From the NCBI GenBank assembly GCA_947088675.1, contig CAMUHN010000005.1, positions 1,296 to 65,295 of the forward strand: a DNA stretch of 64,000 bases, in the 5' to 3' direction. Of this stretch, positions 8,983 through 18,564 are shown in pieces; position 1 is the first letter of the stretch, and the number at the start of each line of letters is the position of its first letter. This stretch comes from an uncultured Roseburia sp. (GTDB lineage Bacteria > Bacillota > Clostridia > Lachnospirales > Lachnospiraceae). The notes beneath the pieces are model-generated. The model was not told the DNA's origin, did no database searches, and saw only the letters and a list, made by a program, of their open reading frames with translations. Position numbers and translations under genes: made by a program.

Positions 8983-10440
8983 TCAGTTTGTCTGGCGAAG
9001 GTCGACATACCCAAGATCCAGGGAGGTATCGGAAAAATCAGAGCCGCCGTAAGTGTCAAGATTCAGATACAGCTGACCCAGTTCTTCTTCGGTAACAATC
9101 CAGCCCATATGCACTGTGGCTGTTTCATCCGGCGCAAGATACTCGATATAGTTGTTGTGGCGTTCCCCGCCAAAGATATCATAATACTGCATTTCCCATA
9201 AGGAGGAGAGTCCTTTGTTTAACGCGGTATCCCACGGGTCATGATCAGTGGGCGTTTCATACTGCATGGCGGTTCGGGTGTAAAAATTGTCGCCGTCTTC
9301 GTAAATGCGTGCCAGGGTACCGAAAAACAGTACATCGGTAAGTTCCTGATCGCCTGTATTTGTGTATTCCACCGTAACATAGACAAGTTTTTGAGCAACC
9401 TGTCTGCTCTTAATTACCTCGCTTAAGGTGTCGTTATCCCCTTTTTTGATATACAGAATGTCGGCCGGGCGCAGTCTGTTGTTCTCATCCGCTTCCTCTT
9501 TCAGCGAATGATCGGCCACGGACAGATCCAGCAGACTGATATTGTCAGAAATCTGTACGTCAGCTACACGAAGAGTCAGATCTTTTGTATCAGGATTGTT
9601 TGATGTGAAAGTTTCGCCGATGGCATGCGTATGCTTCATTTCTTCTCTGGAAGCAACGGCGTCGCTTAAGTCTGCTTCTGCGGATTCTTCCTGCTGCTCC
9701 ATGGATGCCAGATGAGAACTCCAATCCCATGCACGGACAATGTTTTCTGTCTCTTCGGTCGGCGTCAGCGTAATTCCCTCTGCAATCTTAAGTGCCTCTG
9801 CTTTTGTTACGTCCGATGCGGCATACATTTCCATCACGTAATGTACATCGGGATAGGCGACATATATTCTCTGGTTGAATGTGATCTCATCTTTGTAGAG
9901 GTGCGGATATTCCAGATAGACGCCGTCGTGCCCGTTGACCGTAATATTTTCACTCGCGAGCACATCATCATGTTTCAGTGAAAACGTATCGTCCCCTGTG
10001 TCCATCCGGTAAAATGCAATGGAAACGCCGCCCTGATACAGTGTTTCCTCATAGCTGTATTTACCTTCGTCTGTCGCAACCATTCCTTCCGGCAGATAGC
10101 TTAACGTCATTTTTACATTTGGAATTTCGGACGGTTCATGGTTTTGCGGGTCAGCTGATACGGCATCTGTCCCCGTATTGTTTTCTGAAATTTTAACTGC
10201 AACGCCGTGAGCGCCGGTATGCTCCTGATACAGACGGTAGGCGCGTATCCCGGCCCAGGTTGTTGTTCCAAGCAGCATAACGGCTGCTGCCGACGCGACG
10301 AGCGTTCTTTTAAAAGTTTTATGTTTTTTTGCAATTCGAGACTGCTTTGTTTCGATTTGTTTTTTCACCTCTTGTTCCACCATCCTCTTCATATCTTCCG
10401 GCATCCGCGGAAATTCATACTTTAAGTTATCCAAATTCAT
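8983..10440 (-). CDS. putative anti-sigma factor (single TM, DUF4367-like extracellular domain)
   Basis: Short cytoplasmic N-terminus, TM helix, LSYLPEG motif; downstream of an ECF sigma. Confidence 0.6.
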   Translation of the reverse strand: MNLDNLKYEFPRMPEDMKRMVEQEVKKQIETKQSRIAKKHKTFKRTLVASAAAVMLLGTTTWAGIRAYRLYQEHTGAHGVAVKISENNTGTDAVSADPQNHEPSEIPNVKMTLSYLPEGMVATDEGKYSYEETLYQGGVSIAFYRMDTGDDTFSLKHDDVLASENITVNGHDGVYLEYPHLYKDEITFNQRIYVAYPDVHYVMEMYAASDVTKAEALKIAEGITLTPTEETENIVRAWDWSSHLASMEQQEESAEADLSDAVASREEMKHTHAIGETFTSNNPDTKDLTLRVADVQISDNISLLDLSVADHSLKEEADENNRLRPADILYIKKGDNDTLSEVIKSRQVAQKLVYVTVEYTNTGDQELTDVLFFGTLARIYEDGDNFYTRTAMQYETPTDHDPWDTALNKGLSSLWEMQYYDIFGGERHNNYIEYLAPDETATVHMGWIVTEEELGQLYLNLDTYGGSDFSDTSLDLGYVDLRQTN

Positions 10441-10520
10441 AATCATCCTCATTTCTGCGCTGCTTTTGTGCACGGGAAACTTTGTATCAGGCAGCGCATA
10501 GACACAAAGTGCTTTTGAAA

Positions 10521-10991
10521 TCAGCAGGTGCCCTGCTCCAGCTCGCCGCGCAGCAGCGTTCTAGCGCGTGCAAGGCGGTTTTTTACTGCGCTCTCGGTGA
10601 CGGAGAGGAGCGCTGCCGTTTCTTTGACACTGTATCCCTCCAGATAATAGAGAGCGACACAGATGCGGATATGTTCCGGCAGGGCGCTCACTGCTTCATA
10701 CAGATCAGAGTAGTCCGCTTCTGTGGCCGCCTCTTCGTTTTTATAGTCTTCCAGAGATATGACACGTTTTCCTTTTCGCATCATCGCATAACATTCATTG
10801 ATCAAAATGCGGATCAGCCATGTTTTGGCATACGAGTCCTGTTTCAATGTATGTATGTTTGTAAATGCCTTAACGATTGCCTCCTGAATGGCATCCGCAC
10901 AGTCCTCGTCGCGGTACAGCAGTGTTTTTGCGATATGATACATTGTGTCTTCGGATGCCAGGATCAAGTTTCCAAGCTGCTCTTTTTTCAT
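10521..10991 (-). CDS. ECF RNA polymerase sigma factor
   Basis: DAIQEA...KTWLIRILIN region 2; LYYLEGYSVKE...VKNRL.RAR region 4. Confidence 0.9.
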   Translation of the reverse strand: MKKEQLGNLILASEDTMYHIAKTLLYRDEDCADAIQEAIVKAFTNIHTLKQDSYAKTWLIRILINECYAMMRKGKRVISLEDYKNEEAATEADYSDLYEAVSALPEHIRICVALYYLEGYSVKETAALLSVTESAVKNRLARARTLLRGELEQGTC

Positions 10992-11068
10992 ATAGTCCTT
11001 TCTGCCGGCCGGGCAAAGTTTGATAGCAACAGAGACGCGGTAAAATATGTTCTCTGCTGTTTACATAG

Positions 11069-11166
11069 ATTAGATGTATATACCTGTAAAAAAGTCTCCC
11101 CTATTTTGAAAAAAATAAAAAAAGTTTAGAACGGATGAAACTATTTGCGCTTATAATGGGTCTAAT
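11069..11166. promoter_or_regulatory. back-to-back ECF-type promoters
   Basis: Plus strand TGAAAC (11136-11141)...GGTCTAAT; minus strand GGAGAC (11094-11099)...CATCTAAT. Confidence 0.5.
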
Positions 11167-11241
11167 CAATAGAAAACAACAAAGGAACGGAACAGTTACA
11201 GTTTCATTGCAGCTGTTTCGCAAAAGGAGGTGTGGCAAATC

Positions 11242-11742
11242 ATGTTTTTCCCGGGAAAAGAAAAAAATGAACACCTGATTGAACAGATTCTGCTGAATAA
11301 TTATAACAGTTATTACCGGCTTGCGTACAGTTATGTACATAATGAAGCGGATGCGGCAGATATTGTGCAAAACGGCGCTTACAGAGCAATCTTAAACAGC
11401 GCCTCTCTAAAGCAGAAGTCTTATGCCGCGACCTGGGTCTACCGCATTATGTTAAACGAAATCTTTCGTTTTCTGAAAGAGGAGAGGGGAAATATTCCAC
11501 TGGAAGAGATGGGTGCAGAACCTGCGAGAGAGGATACGTATGAGAACGTGGATCTAAAGAATGCCCTCAATTCGCTGACTCCTGAAGATAAGGCCGTCAT
11601 TGAACTGAAATATTTTGAGGATCTTAAATTTGAGGAGATTGCGGAGGTCCTGGAGGAAAATGTCAATACGGTCAAAAGCCGTCTCTATCGCGGGTTAAAG
11701 AAACTGAAGCTGGAGTTATCCGATGCATGGCAGTGGGAATAG
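11242..11742 (+). CDS. ECF sigma factor, SigV-like
   Basis: YYRLAYSYVHNE.DA.DIVQ...LKYFEDLK.EEIA...NTVKSRLYR; followed by an RsiV-like gene. Confidence 0.85.
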   Translation: MFFPGKEKNEHLIEQILLNNYNSYYRLAYSYVHNEADAADIVQNGAYRAILNSASLKQKSYAATWVYRIMLNEIFRFLKEERGNIPLEEMGAEPAREDTYENVDLKNALNSLTPEDKAVIELKYFEDLKFEEIAEVLEENVNTVKSRLYRGLKKLKLELSDAWQWE

Positions 11743-11808
11743 TGTGAGAAGAAGTTCTTCGCGAAACAGGTTCGCACAAATACAAATTACAGTCGGTCTG
11801 CAGAGAGG

Positions 11809-12723
11809 ATGGTGTGCATGAATAAGGACAAAGAACGTTTATCAGAGTTAAAACAGGAGTATGAACAGAAAAATATGTCGAAAGAGCAGGTGGATCTTAT
11901 GAAAAAAAGAATACAGGATGCAAAAAACGAGAAACGGGTAAACAGAAAGACAGCAGTCAGAAAAGCATTGATTGCATCGGCAGCCGCAGCGGCAGTATTT
12001 GTGTTACTGCCTAATACGTCACAGGATATTGCGTATGCGATGAGTAATCTTCCGATTGTAGGAGGAATTGTAAAAGTTGTGACGTTCCGTGACTATCAGT
12101 ATGAGGATGAACGGCACAGCGCCGATATCAGAGTGCCGGAGCTGAAACCGGAGGATGCAGCCGCGGACACAGAGACAGAGCAGCCTTCGCCGTTGAAAAA
12201 GACGACGGAGGAGATCAATCAGGAAATCAGGGAGATCACGGACCGCATTGTGGCCGAGTTTGAAGAAAATGCAAAAGATCAGGAAGGGTATCAGGATGTT
12301 ATGGTAACATCCGAGGTTTTAAGTACGGGGGAAAATTATTTTACACTGAAGCTGATCTGCTATCAGGCGTCGGGCAGCGGCGCAGAGTGGGACTATTATT
12401 ATACCATCGACCTTACAACCGGGGAACGTATTGCACTTGCGGATCTGTTTGCGGATGATTCCGATTATATTTCGGCGATCAGCGGGGAAATTAAAAAACA
12501 GATGAAAGCGCGTATGGATGCGGACGAAAATCAGACTTACTGGCTGGACAACAAAGATGTGCCCGAATGGAATTTTAAAACGATTACGGATGAGACCTCT
12601 TTTTACCTGAATGAAAAAGATAATATCGTAATCTGTTTTAATGAAGGAGATGTTGCGCCGATGTATATGGGATGCGTTGAATTTGAGATTCCGGATGAAG
12701 TTGTGAGAGATATGCGTAAATGA
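11809..12723 (+). CDS. anti-sigma-V factor RsiV-like (DUF3298)
   Basis: AAAAAVFVLLPNTS..IAYAM..LP.VG...KVVTFR; C-terminal FYLN....IVI.F.EG.VAP.YMG..EF.IP. Confidence 0.75.
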   Translation: MVCMNKDKERLSELKQEYEQKNMSKEQVDLMKKRIQDAKNEKRVNRKTAVRKALIASAAAAAVFVLLPNTSQDIAYAMSNLPIVGGIVKVVTFRDYQYEDERHSADIRVPELKPEDAAADTETEQPSPLKKTTEEINQEIREITDRIVAEFEENAKDQEGYQDVMVTSEVLSTGENYFTLKLICYQASGSGAEWDYYYTIDLTTGERIALADLFADDSDYISAISGEIKKQMKARMDADENQTYWLDNKDVPEWNFKTITDETSFYLNEKDNIVICFNEGDVAPMYMGCVEFEIPDEVVRDMRK

Positions 12724-12863
12724 TGAAAAGTGTACAGATCAGGTTTCAGGGATAAAACGGCAGGAATATGATATAATATACGATACAGAACGGGGATTCT
12801 CCACACAGATTTTGGCTGCAGCAGAGCCGCGAAATGGGGGATCCCCGCAAAAGGAGGATGGCT

Positions 12864-13847
12864 ATGTGTACCGCTGCAGTTTATACGACAAAAGATACGT
12901 ATTTTGGACGCACGCTGGATAACGATTTCTCTTATGGAGATGAAGTTGTAGTGACTCCGCGCAATTATTCGTTTCGTTTTATCGGGATGGGGACGATGAA
13001 GACGCATTATGCAATGATCGGCATGTCTTATGTGACGGAGGATTACCCGTTATATTATGACGCTGTAAACGAGAAAGGCCTTGGCATAGCGGGACTGAAT
13101 TTTGTCGGAAATGCCGTTTATCATGAAAAGAAACATGGGAGAGATAATATCGCACAGTTTGAGCTGATTCCATGGATCCTTGGTCAGTGCGCCACGGTGG
13201 AGGAGGCGGAGCGGCTGCTTGGAAAACTGAATTTATGGAAGATATGTTTTCATGAGAATCTGCCCGCAGCACAGCTGCATTGGATCATTTCGGACGGGAA
13301 AAGGACGATTACAGCCGAACCGCTTAGCGGGGGGATGAAATTGTATGAAAATCCGACTGGTGTGCTCACGAACAATCCTCCGTTTGACATGCAGCTCTTT
13401 TCCCTGAATAACTATATGGGAATTTCGGCCGGACTGCCTGAGCACAGATTTGCGCCGGGCCTTACGCTTGACAATTACAGCCGCGGGCTCGGTGGGATAG
13501 GCCTGCCGGGCGATTTGTCGTCACAGTCGAGATTTGTAAGGGCGTCGTTTGTCAACATGAATTCCGTATCGGGAAACGGCGAAAAGGAGAGCGTCAGTCA
13601 GTTTTTTCATATTTTAAATTCGGTGGAGCAGCAGCGGGGGTGCTGTGACCTTGGAGGCGGAAAGTATGAGGTCACAATTTATACATCGTGCTGCAATACC
13701 TGCAAGGGAATTTATTATTATACTTCCTACGATAATCATCAGATTACCGCGGTGGATATGCACCGGGAAAATCTTGACGGAAGCTGCCTGATCCGGTATC
13801 CGCTGATTAAGGAGGAGCAGATTCACTTCCAGAATGCGGATGTCTGA
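12864..13847 (+). CDS. bsh: choloylglycine hydrolase (bile salt hydrolase)
   Basis: N-terminal nucleophile MCTA, YFGRTLD, NEKGLG, VLTNNPPF, GLPGDLSSQSRFVR. Confidence 0.85.
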   Translation: MCTAAVYTTKDTYFGRTLDNDFSYGDEVVVTPRNYSFRFIGMGTMKTHYAMIGMSYVTEDYPLYYDAVNEKGLGIAGLNFVGNAVYHEKKHGRDNIAQFELIPWILGQCATVEEAERLLGKLNLWKICFHENLPAAQLHWIISDGKRTITAEPLSGGMKLYENPTGVLTNNPPFDMQLFSLNNYMGISAGLPEHRFAPGLTLDNYSRGLGGIGLPGDLSSQSRFVRASFVNMNSVSGNGEKESVSQFFHILNSVEQQRGCCDLGGGKYEVTIYTSCCNTCKGIYYYTSYDNHQITAVDMHRENLDGSCLIRYPLIKEEQIHFQNADV

Positions 13848-15805
13848 TTAGCTGCTCTGCCGGGCGGGTCGTTCGTCGGCAGATGACAGGTATTATTTTC
13901 ACAGATATAATAGGTTGTTCTGTTGTTTTTTAACTGATATTGTCCGGTTTCCTCTGTCAGAATCTGAATGTCTGCATAGAGAGGAAGCGCGGACAATATT
14001 TTTTCCCTGGTATCTGTTTTTGTCGGTACGACAGTAATTTTTTTCGGCGGCGAGAGGTAATACTGCAGCGCAGTCAGAAACATGCCATGTCCGGTCGGAT
14101 GTTCTGCAGCCTGTGAAGAGAGGAAAGCAAGCTGACGTTTCGCTTTGCGGCGGTAGTTCCCGCATCGGCCGGCGTCCGGAACAAGCTGAGAGAGACGTAC
14201 CAGACAATAGGCCATCATCGAATTTCCACTGGGCAGCGCCCCGTCGAATGTTTCTTTCGGACGCGTAATCAGAGTCCCGTTTTTTGCGCCGTATAGAAAG
14301 TAACCGCCGGCTTCGTCCGCAAACTGTATCTCGCTTTCATGCAGTATTTCTTCCGCACGGTTCAGGTCCCCGACAGTTCCGCCCGACTCATACAGACAGA
14401 GCAGCGCTGCCGTATAACAGGCGTAGTCGTCGAGAAAACCTTTTGTTGTTTTTACGCCGGCCCTGCATCCGACATACAGCTGTGTGCGTTCGGTAAGGTC
14501 AGATTCAATCAATTGCTGTGTCCGCCGTGCGCGTTGGAAGTATTGTTTTTCGCCTATCACGCGATAAAGAATGCAAAGGGCGCATATCATAAAGGAGTTC
14601 CATGAAGTCAGTATCTTATCGTCGAGGTGGAGCGTGGCGCGTTTTTTTCGGTAAGCATAGAGCAGTTTCTTTTCCTCGCGAAAGGCGTCGTCTATTTCAT
14701 TTCCGTTTAAAAGGTTGGGAATATTTTTCCCTTCGAAATTGCCTTTTTCGGTCATTCCAAAGTGGGAAAGAAATGCAGCTGCGCGCTCTTCGCCCAAAAC
14801 GTCAGTAATTTCCTGCCTGCGGAAGACATAAAATTTGCCCTCTTCTCCCTCGCTGTCCGCATCCTGGGCGGAGTAGAACCCTCCCGCACGATCGCCCAGT
14901 TCACGGCATACATATTCTGTGGTTTCACGTGCCGTATCCAGAAACATTTTTTTGCCTGACAGACAGTAAGCGGCGGCATAGGCGATAATTAGCAGCGCAT
15001 TGTCATAGAGCATTTTCTCAAAGTGAGGTACCAGAAAATATCGGTCAGTCGAATAGCGGGAAAAGCCATGGCCAATCTGATCGCAGATACCGCCCCGGCG
15101 CATACGTTCTAACGTAAACAGAGCCTGGTCTGCGGCTTTTTTGCAGTTGTTCTGCAGTGCGAACAGCATGAGAAAGAGCAGGTTATGCGGCAGAGGGAAT
15201 TTTGGCGCCGGGCCGAAACCGCCGCAGACGGAGTCGAATTGATCGTAAAACTGTCTGGCGGCAAGCTCGGGAAGCTGATCTGAAATAGTCTGGTTTTCAG
15301 TCTGATCGGACTGATGCAGGCAGGAGATCAGATAGTCGGCCGAATCCAAAAGTTTGTCGCGCTCCGTCTCCCATTTTGCCGCGATTGTGAGCAGAAGCGG
15401 ATAGAAACCCATTCTGCCGTGCATGGTTTCCGGCGGGAAATAAGTTCCTGCGAAAAACGGTTTTTGTTCCGCAGTCATAAAAATGCTCATCGGCCATCCG
15501 CCGCTGCCGGTAAATGCCTGGCATACGTCCATATATACACTGTCAATGTCAGGCCTCTCTTCGCGGTCTACTTTGATTGAGACAAAATACCGGTTGAGCA
15601 CAGAGGCGATTTTTTCGTTTTCAAAGCATTCATGCGCCATGACATGACACCAGTGGCATGTGCTGTATCCGACGCTTAAAAAAACAGGTTTCATTTCGCG
15701 TTTTGCTTTCTCAAATGCCTCGTCTCCCCAGGGATACCAGTCTACCGGCTGGCAGGCATGTTGTAAGAGATAAGGGCTGGTCTGGGTTTTTAATCGGTTT
15801 GTCAT
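13823..15805 (-). CDS. YyaL-like thioredoxin-domain/alpha-alpha toroid protein (DUF255)
   Basis: NRL....SPYLLQHA, CHWCHVMAHE, KVDREERPD, PHFEKMLYDNA. Confidence 0.9.
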   Translation of the reverse strand: MTNRLKTQTSPYLLQHACQPVDWYPWGDEAFEKAKREMKPVFLSVGYSTCHWCHVMAHECFENEKIASVLNRYFVSIKVDREERPDIDSVYMDVCQAFTGSGGWPMSIFMTAEQKPFFAGTYFPPETMHGRMGFYPLLLTIAAKWETERDKLLDSADYLISCLHQSDQTENQTISDQLPELAARQFYDQFDSVCGGFGPAPKFPLPHNLLFLMLFALQNNCKKAADQALFTLERMRRGGICDQIGHGFSRYSTDRYFLVPHFEKMLYDNALLIIAYAAAYCLSGKKMFLDTARETTEYVCRELGDRAGGFYSAQDADSEGEEGKFYVFRRQEITDVLGEERAAAFLSHFGMTEKGNFEGKNIPNLLNGNEIDDAFREEKKLLYAYRKKRATLHLDDKILTSWNSFMICALCILYRVIGEKQYFQRARRTQQLIESDLTERTQLYVGCRAGVKTTKGFLDDYACYTAALLCLYESGGTVGDLNRAEEILHESEIQFADEAGGYFLYGAKNGTLITRPKETFDGALPSGNSMMAYCLVRLSQLVPDAGRCGNYRRKAKRQLAFLSSQAAEHPTGHGMFLTALQYYLSPPKKITVVPTKTDTREKILSALPLYADIQILTEETGQYQLKNNRTTYYICENNTCHLPTNDPPGRAANQTSAFWK

Positions 15806-15882
15806 GGTTTCCTCCTGAATCCGACAGTTGCGTCTGCCGGGATATTTATGGAGGTATTTTGTGTAATTGTACGGGAAATATG

Positions 15883-16578
15883 CTATTCATTTTTGTTTCT
15901 GAAAGTGATAAACAGGCCGAACACCATCAGAATGAGAGCTGCGATCTGTATGACATGGCGAATCGGTCTGGCAATATAATCCCGTGAAAGCAATACAATG
16001 GCATTGAGGAACATGCCCGCTGAAAAGCAAAGGGAGAACCTGCGGCTGTCATAGCCCGGCTGAAAGCCGTCTCGCTGCTCTTTCAGTTTATTTATAATCC
16101 TCTTGACGCGGATTACCTGATTTACCAGAATAAGTGAGATAGCTCCCAGCACGAAAGCGAATGCGATTGCCGGACGATTGCCCATCAGTGCGGCCAGAAG
16201 TTCCACGGTCAGGCCAAGCACTTCAAGCGCGGTAATGATTTTAAACATAACCAGTATTTTTTTGTAGTGTGTAAGGCAGGAGTCAATGTCCGTATACAAT
16301 TGAAACGGTTTCTCAGAAGCCGGTTTTCGCAGGAACGTCCAAAATCCCCAGTTTTGAATCACTTCAATACCGGCATCTTCCATAAACAGCCGGTAATCGT
16401 CCGCTTTTCTGCCAAATCCGGTTCGAAAATCAACCTGGTACTGCCAGGCTCCCTTGCCGCATTTTTCAAACAGAAAGATTCCGGCAAAAAAACCGGTCAT
16501 GTTCCATCCGTCTTTTGCCATCTCATTCAGCCAGTTGGCCGCTGCGTCGTTGTCATAATAGATACGGAATCTGATCAT
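15883..16578 (-). CDS. DUF2812 domain membrane protein
   Basis: WLNEMAK.GW...F.FEK....YQVDF followed by TM helices; downstream of padR. Confidence 0.75.
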   Translation of the reverse strand: MIRFRIYYDNDAAANWLNEMAKDGWNMTGFFAGIFLFEKCGKGAWQYQVDFRTGFGRKADDYRLFMEDAGIEVIQNWGFWTFLRKPASEKPFQLYTDIDSCLTHYKKILVMFKIITALEVLGLTVELLAALMGNRPAIAFAFVLGAISLILVNQVIRVKRIINKLKEQRDGFQPGYDSRRFSLCFSAGMFLNAIVLLSRDYIARPIRHVIQIAALILMVFGLFITFRNKNE

Positions 16579-16581
16579 CTT

Positions 16582-16896
16582 TTATTCCTCCATTCGTTTT
16601 GCGTTCTCCAGCAATTCAGCCAGACGCCTGCGTTCTGATTCAAATATTTCTTTTCCGGTCGCTGTAATTACGTATTCTTTTTTTCTGCGCGATTCGGTGT
16701 CGATGTGATAAAGCTTGATCCATCCGCGCTTTTGCATGGTCGAGAGCGCGCCATAGAGTGTACCGGCGCCCAGTGTAACACGTCCGTTCGTCATGCGTTC
16801 TATCTCCTGAATGATGCCGTATCCATGATTGGGAGCGCGCAGAGTGAGCAGGATATAGAAAAACGCTTCTGTCAGCGGCAAATCCTTTTCGTACAT
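16582..16896 (-). CDS. PadR family transcriptional regulator
   Basis: LTEAFFYILL.L..PNHGYGI...GAGTLYG...RKKEY.IT. Confidence 0.9.
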   Translation of the reverse strand: MYEKDLPLTEAFFYILLTLRAPNHGYGIIQEIERMTNGRVTLGAGTLYGALSTMQKRGWIKLYHIDTESRRKKEYVITATGKEIFESERRRLAELLENAKRMEE

Positions 16897-16949
16897 GCCA
16901 GGTCCCCTTTCTTTTTTCGGTCGAAGTGTCCGGAGCGATCGGTTTTTAT

Positions 16950-17021
16950 ATGTCGCGAGACAATATATCGTTAAACGATGTATCGTAAAACAAATATATC
17001 GCCAAACGATATATATGTCAA
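16950..17021 (-). promoter_or_regulatory. padR promoter with four tandem operator-like units
   Basis: Minus strand TTGACA, 17 nt, TATATT, overlapped by units of about 15 bp resembling ATATCG-N3-AACGAT. Confidence 0.55.
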
Positions 17022-17066
17022 GTATTTAATTAAAAATTGTCAGAACCAAACTGCGTAAAACGACAA

Positions 17067-17096
17067 TAAAAAAGAATGCGCTCTGCGCATTCTTCG
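17067..17096 (-). repeat. 30-bp palindromic terminator-like repeat, copy 1
   Basis: Reverse complement matches 23067-23096 at 29/30 positions. Confidence 0.7.
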
Positions 17097-17106
17097 TGCC
17101 TAAGAT

Positions 17107-17145
17107 AAAAAAATGCCCATAAGGTGTGACACTTATGGGCATTTT
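17107..17145 (-). terminator. rho-independent terminator of the ter genes
   Basis: Stem AAAATGCCCATAAG/CTTATGGGCATTTT with a T-tail on the minus strand. Confidence 0.75.
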
Positions 17146-17174
17146 CAAGCCGGAAATATTTGATTACAGCGGCG

Positions 17175-17780
17175 TTATTTACGTCCGGGAGACCATTTCA
17201 TTCCCCAGCCGAATGCCTGATCCAGGGCGACGTGTCCGGAGTAAAACTGGACGATTTTTTCTACGCTGAAAGTTTCGTCGTTTACATTTTCCAAAAGTGC
17301 AAGTCCGCACATTTTTTCCGTTGAATTAAAGCTGTCCATTTTTACGATCAGATCTTCTGCGCCCGGATATTTGATGGTAACAGTTGCGTCTGCCTGCTGC
17401 CAGTTTGCGATTCCTTCATAGATAAAGGTATACACAAGAACGCGTTTGATCTGGGAAATCTGGTTGCCGTTAATTCTTAAATTTTCTCCGTTTGCAGCGG
17501 CGCCTGTGCGGTCATCGCCGTCAAGCATCATAAACGGCGCGTGGTCATAAGAACCGAAGCTGTTGCCCAGCGCCTGTACAGCGCCTTTTCTGCCGTCTTT
17601 TAATTCAAACAGGCAGCCGAGGTCCAGATCAATGCCGCCGCCCCCGCCGAGTAAACTTTTAAAAAAGCCTTTTTTTACCGGCTGTGAGTTCCAGTTTAAG
17701 TTGACCAGAATTTCACCTAAACCGGCAGCCTGTGTTTTTTTCAGACTAACTTTTTGTCCCTTTTGCAGATTAATTGCCAT
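17175..17780 (-). CDS. TerD-superfamily protein (TerA C-terminal-like)
   Basis: INLQKGQKVSL, DLDLGCLFEL.DG.KG.VQALG, DGDDRTG. Confidence 0.8.
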   Translation of the reverse strand: MAINLQKGQKVSLKKTQAAGLGEILVNLNWNSQPVKKGFFKSLLGGGGGIDLDLGCLFELKDGRKGAVQALGNSFGSYDHAPFMMLDGDDRTGAAANGENLRINGNQISQIKRVLVYTFIYEGIANWQQADATVTIKYPGAEDLIVKMDSFNSTEKMCGLALLENVNDETFSVEKIVQFYSGHVALDQAFGWGMKWSPGRK

Positions 17781-17793
17781 TGAAGCTTTCCTC

Positions 17794-18375
17794 CTACTCT
17801 ACATCTACGCCGAAGTTTGCGCACAATGCGGCCAGTCCCCCCTGATATCCGCTGCCGATCGCGTTAAATTTCCATTCGTTTCCGTTTTTATACAGTTCGC
17901 CGAATACTGCTGCCGTTTCAATGGAGAAATCCTCGCCCAGATCATAGCGCAGCAGTTCTTCTCCGTTTACATCATTGTAAATGCGGATAAACGCATTGTT
18001 GACCTGGCCAAAGTTCTGGCGGCGTGTTTCGGCTTCATAGATGGTTACGGTAAATGCAACCTTTTCAATTTCGGGAGGCATTTTTGACAGGTCGATGACA
18101 ATCTGTTCATCATCGCCGTCGCCGACGCCGGTAAGGTTATCGCCCTGATGCATAACGGCTCCTGACGGATGGGAGAGATTTCCATAATAGACAAAGTCTT
18201 CTGATTTTCCGACTCTGCCGGAGTTTGTCAGCAGAAATGCGGCGGCGTCCAGATCGAAATCGCCGCCGGTATCAAACTGGTTTACATCCCAGCCCAATCC
18301 GACAACAACTCGTGTCAGTCCAGGGTTATCTTTGGTAAGGCTTACTTTTTGTCCTTTTTTTAAACTGATCGGCAT
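17794..18375 (-). CDS. terD: TerD family stress protein
   Basis: VGLGWD...FDLDA...[13 protein letters not shown]...QNFGQV...WKFNAIG. Confidence 0.9.
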   Translation of the reverse strand: MPISLKKGQKVSLTKDNPGLTRVVVGLGWDVNQFDTGGDFDLDAAAFLLTNSGRVGKSEDFVYYGNLSHPSGAVMHQGDNLTGVGDGDDEQIVIDLSKMPPEIEKVAFTVTIYEAETRRQNFGQVNNAFIRIYNDVNGEELLRYDLGEDFSIETAAVFGELYKNGNEWKFNAIGSGYQGGLAALCANFGVDVE

Positions 18376-18564
18376 ATTTTTGCTCCTCCTGTATTTTAGT
18401 TTTGGCAGTTATTTCCTGCCGTATGCACAAATTTATTATACTATATCAATTTTTATACGTCAAACACCAGAATCGACAGAAAATATTTCTGCTTGCGGCT
18501 CCTGCCGGGAATCGTTATACTGGAGATACAGCCGGGTAACGGCATGACGGGAGGGGATACCAGG

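Noticed and set aside
16950-17010. Mini CRISPR-like repeat array
   Set aside because: The units are 15-16 bp, contiguous without spacers, and there are no cas genes; better explained as operators
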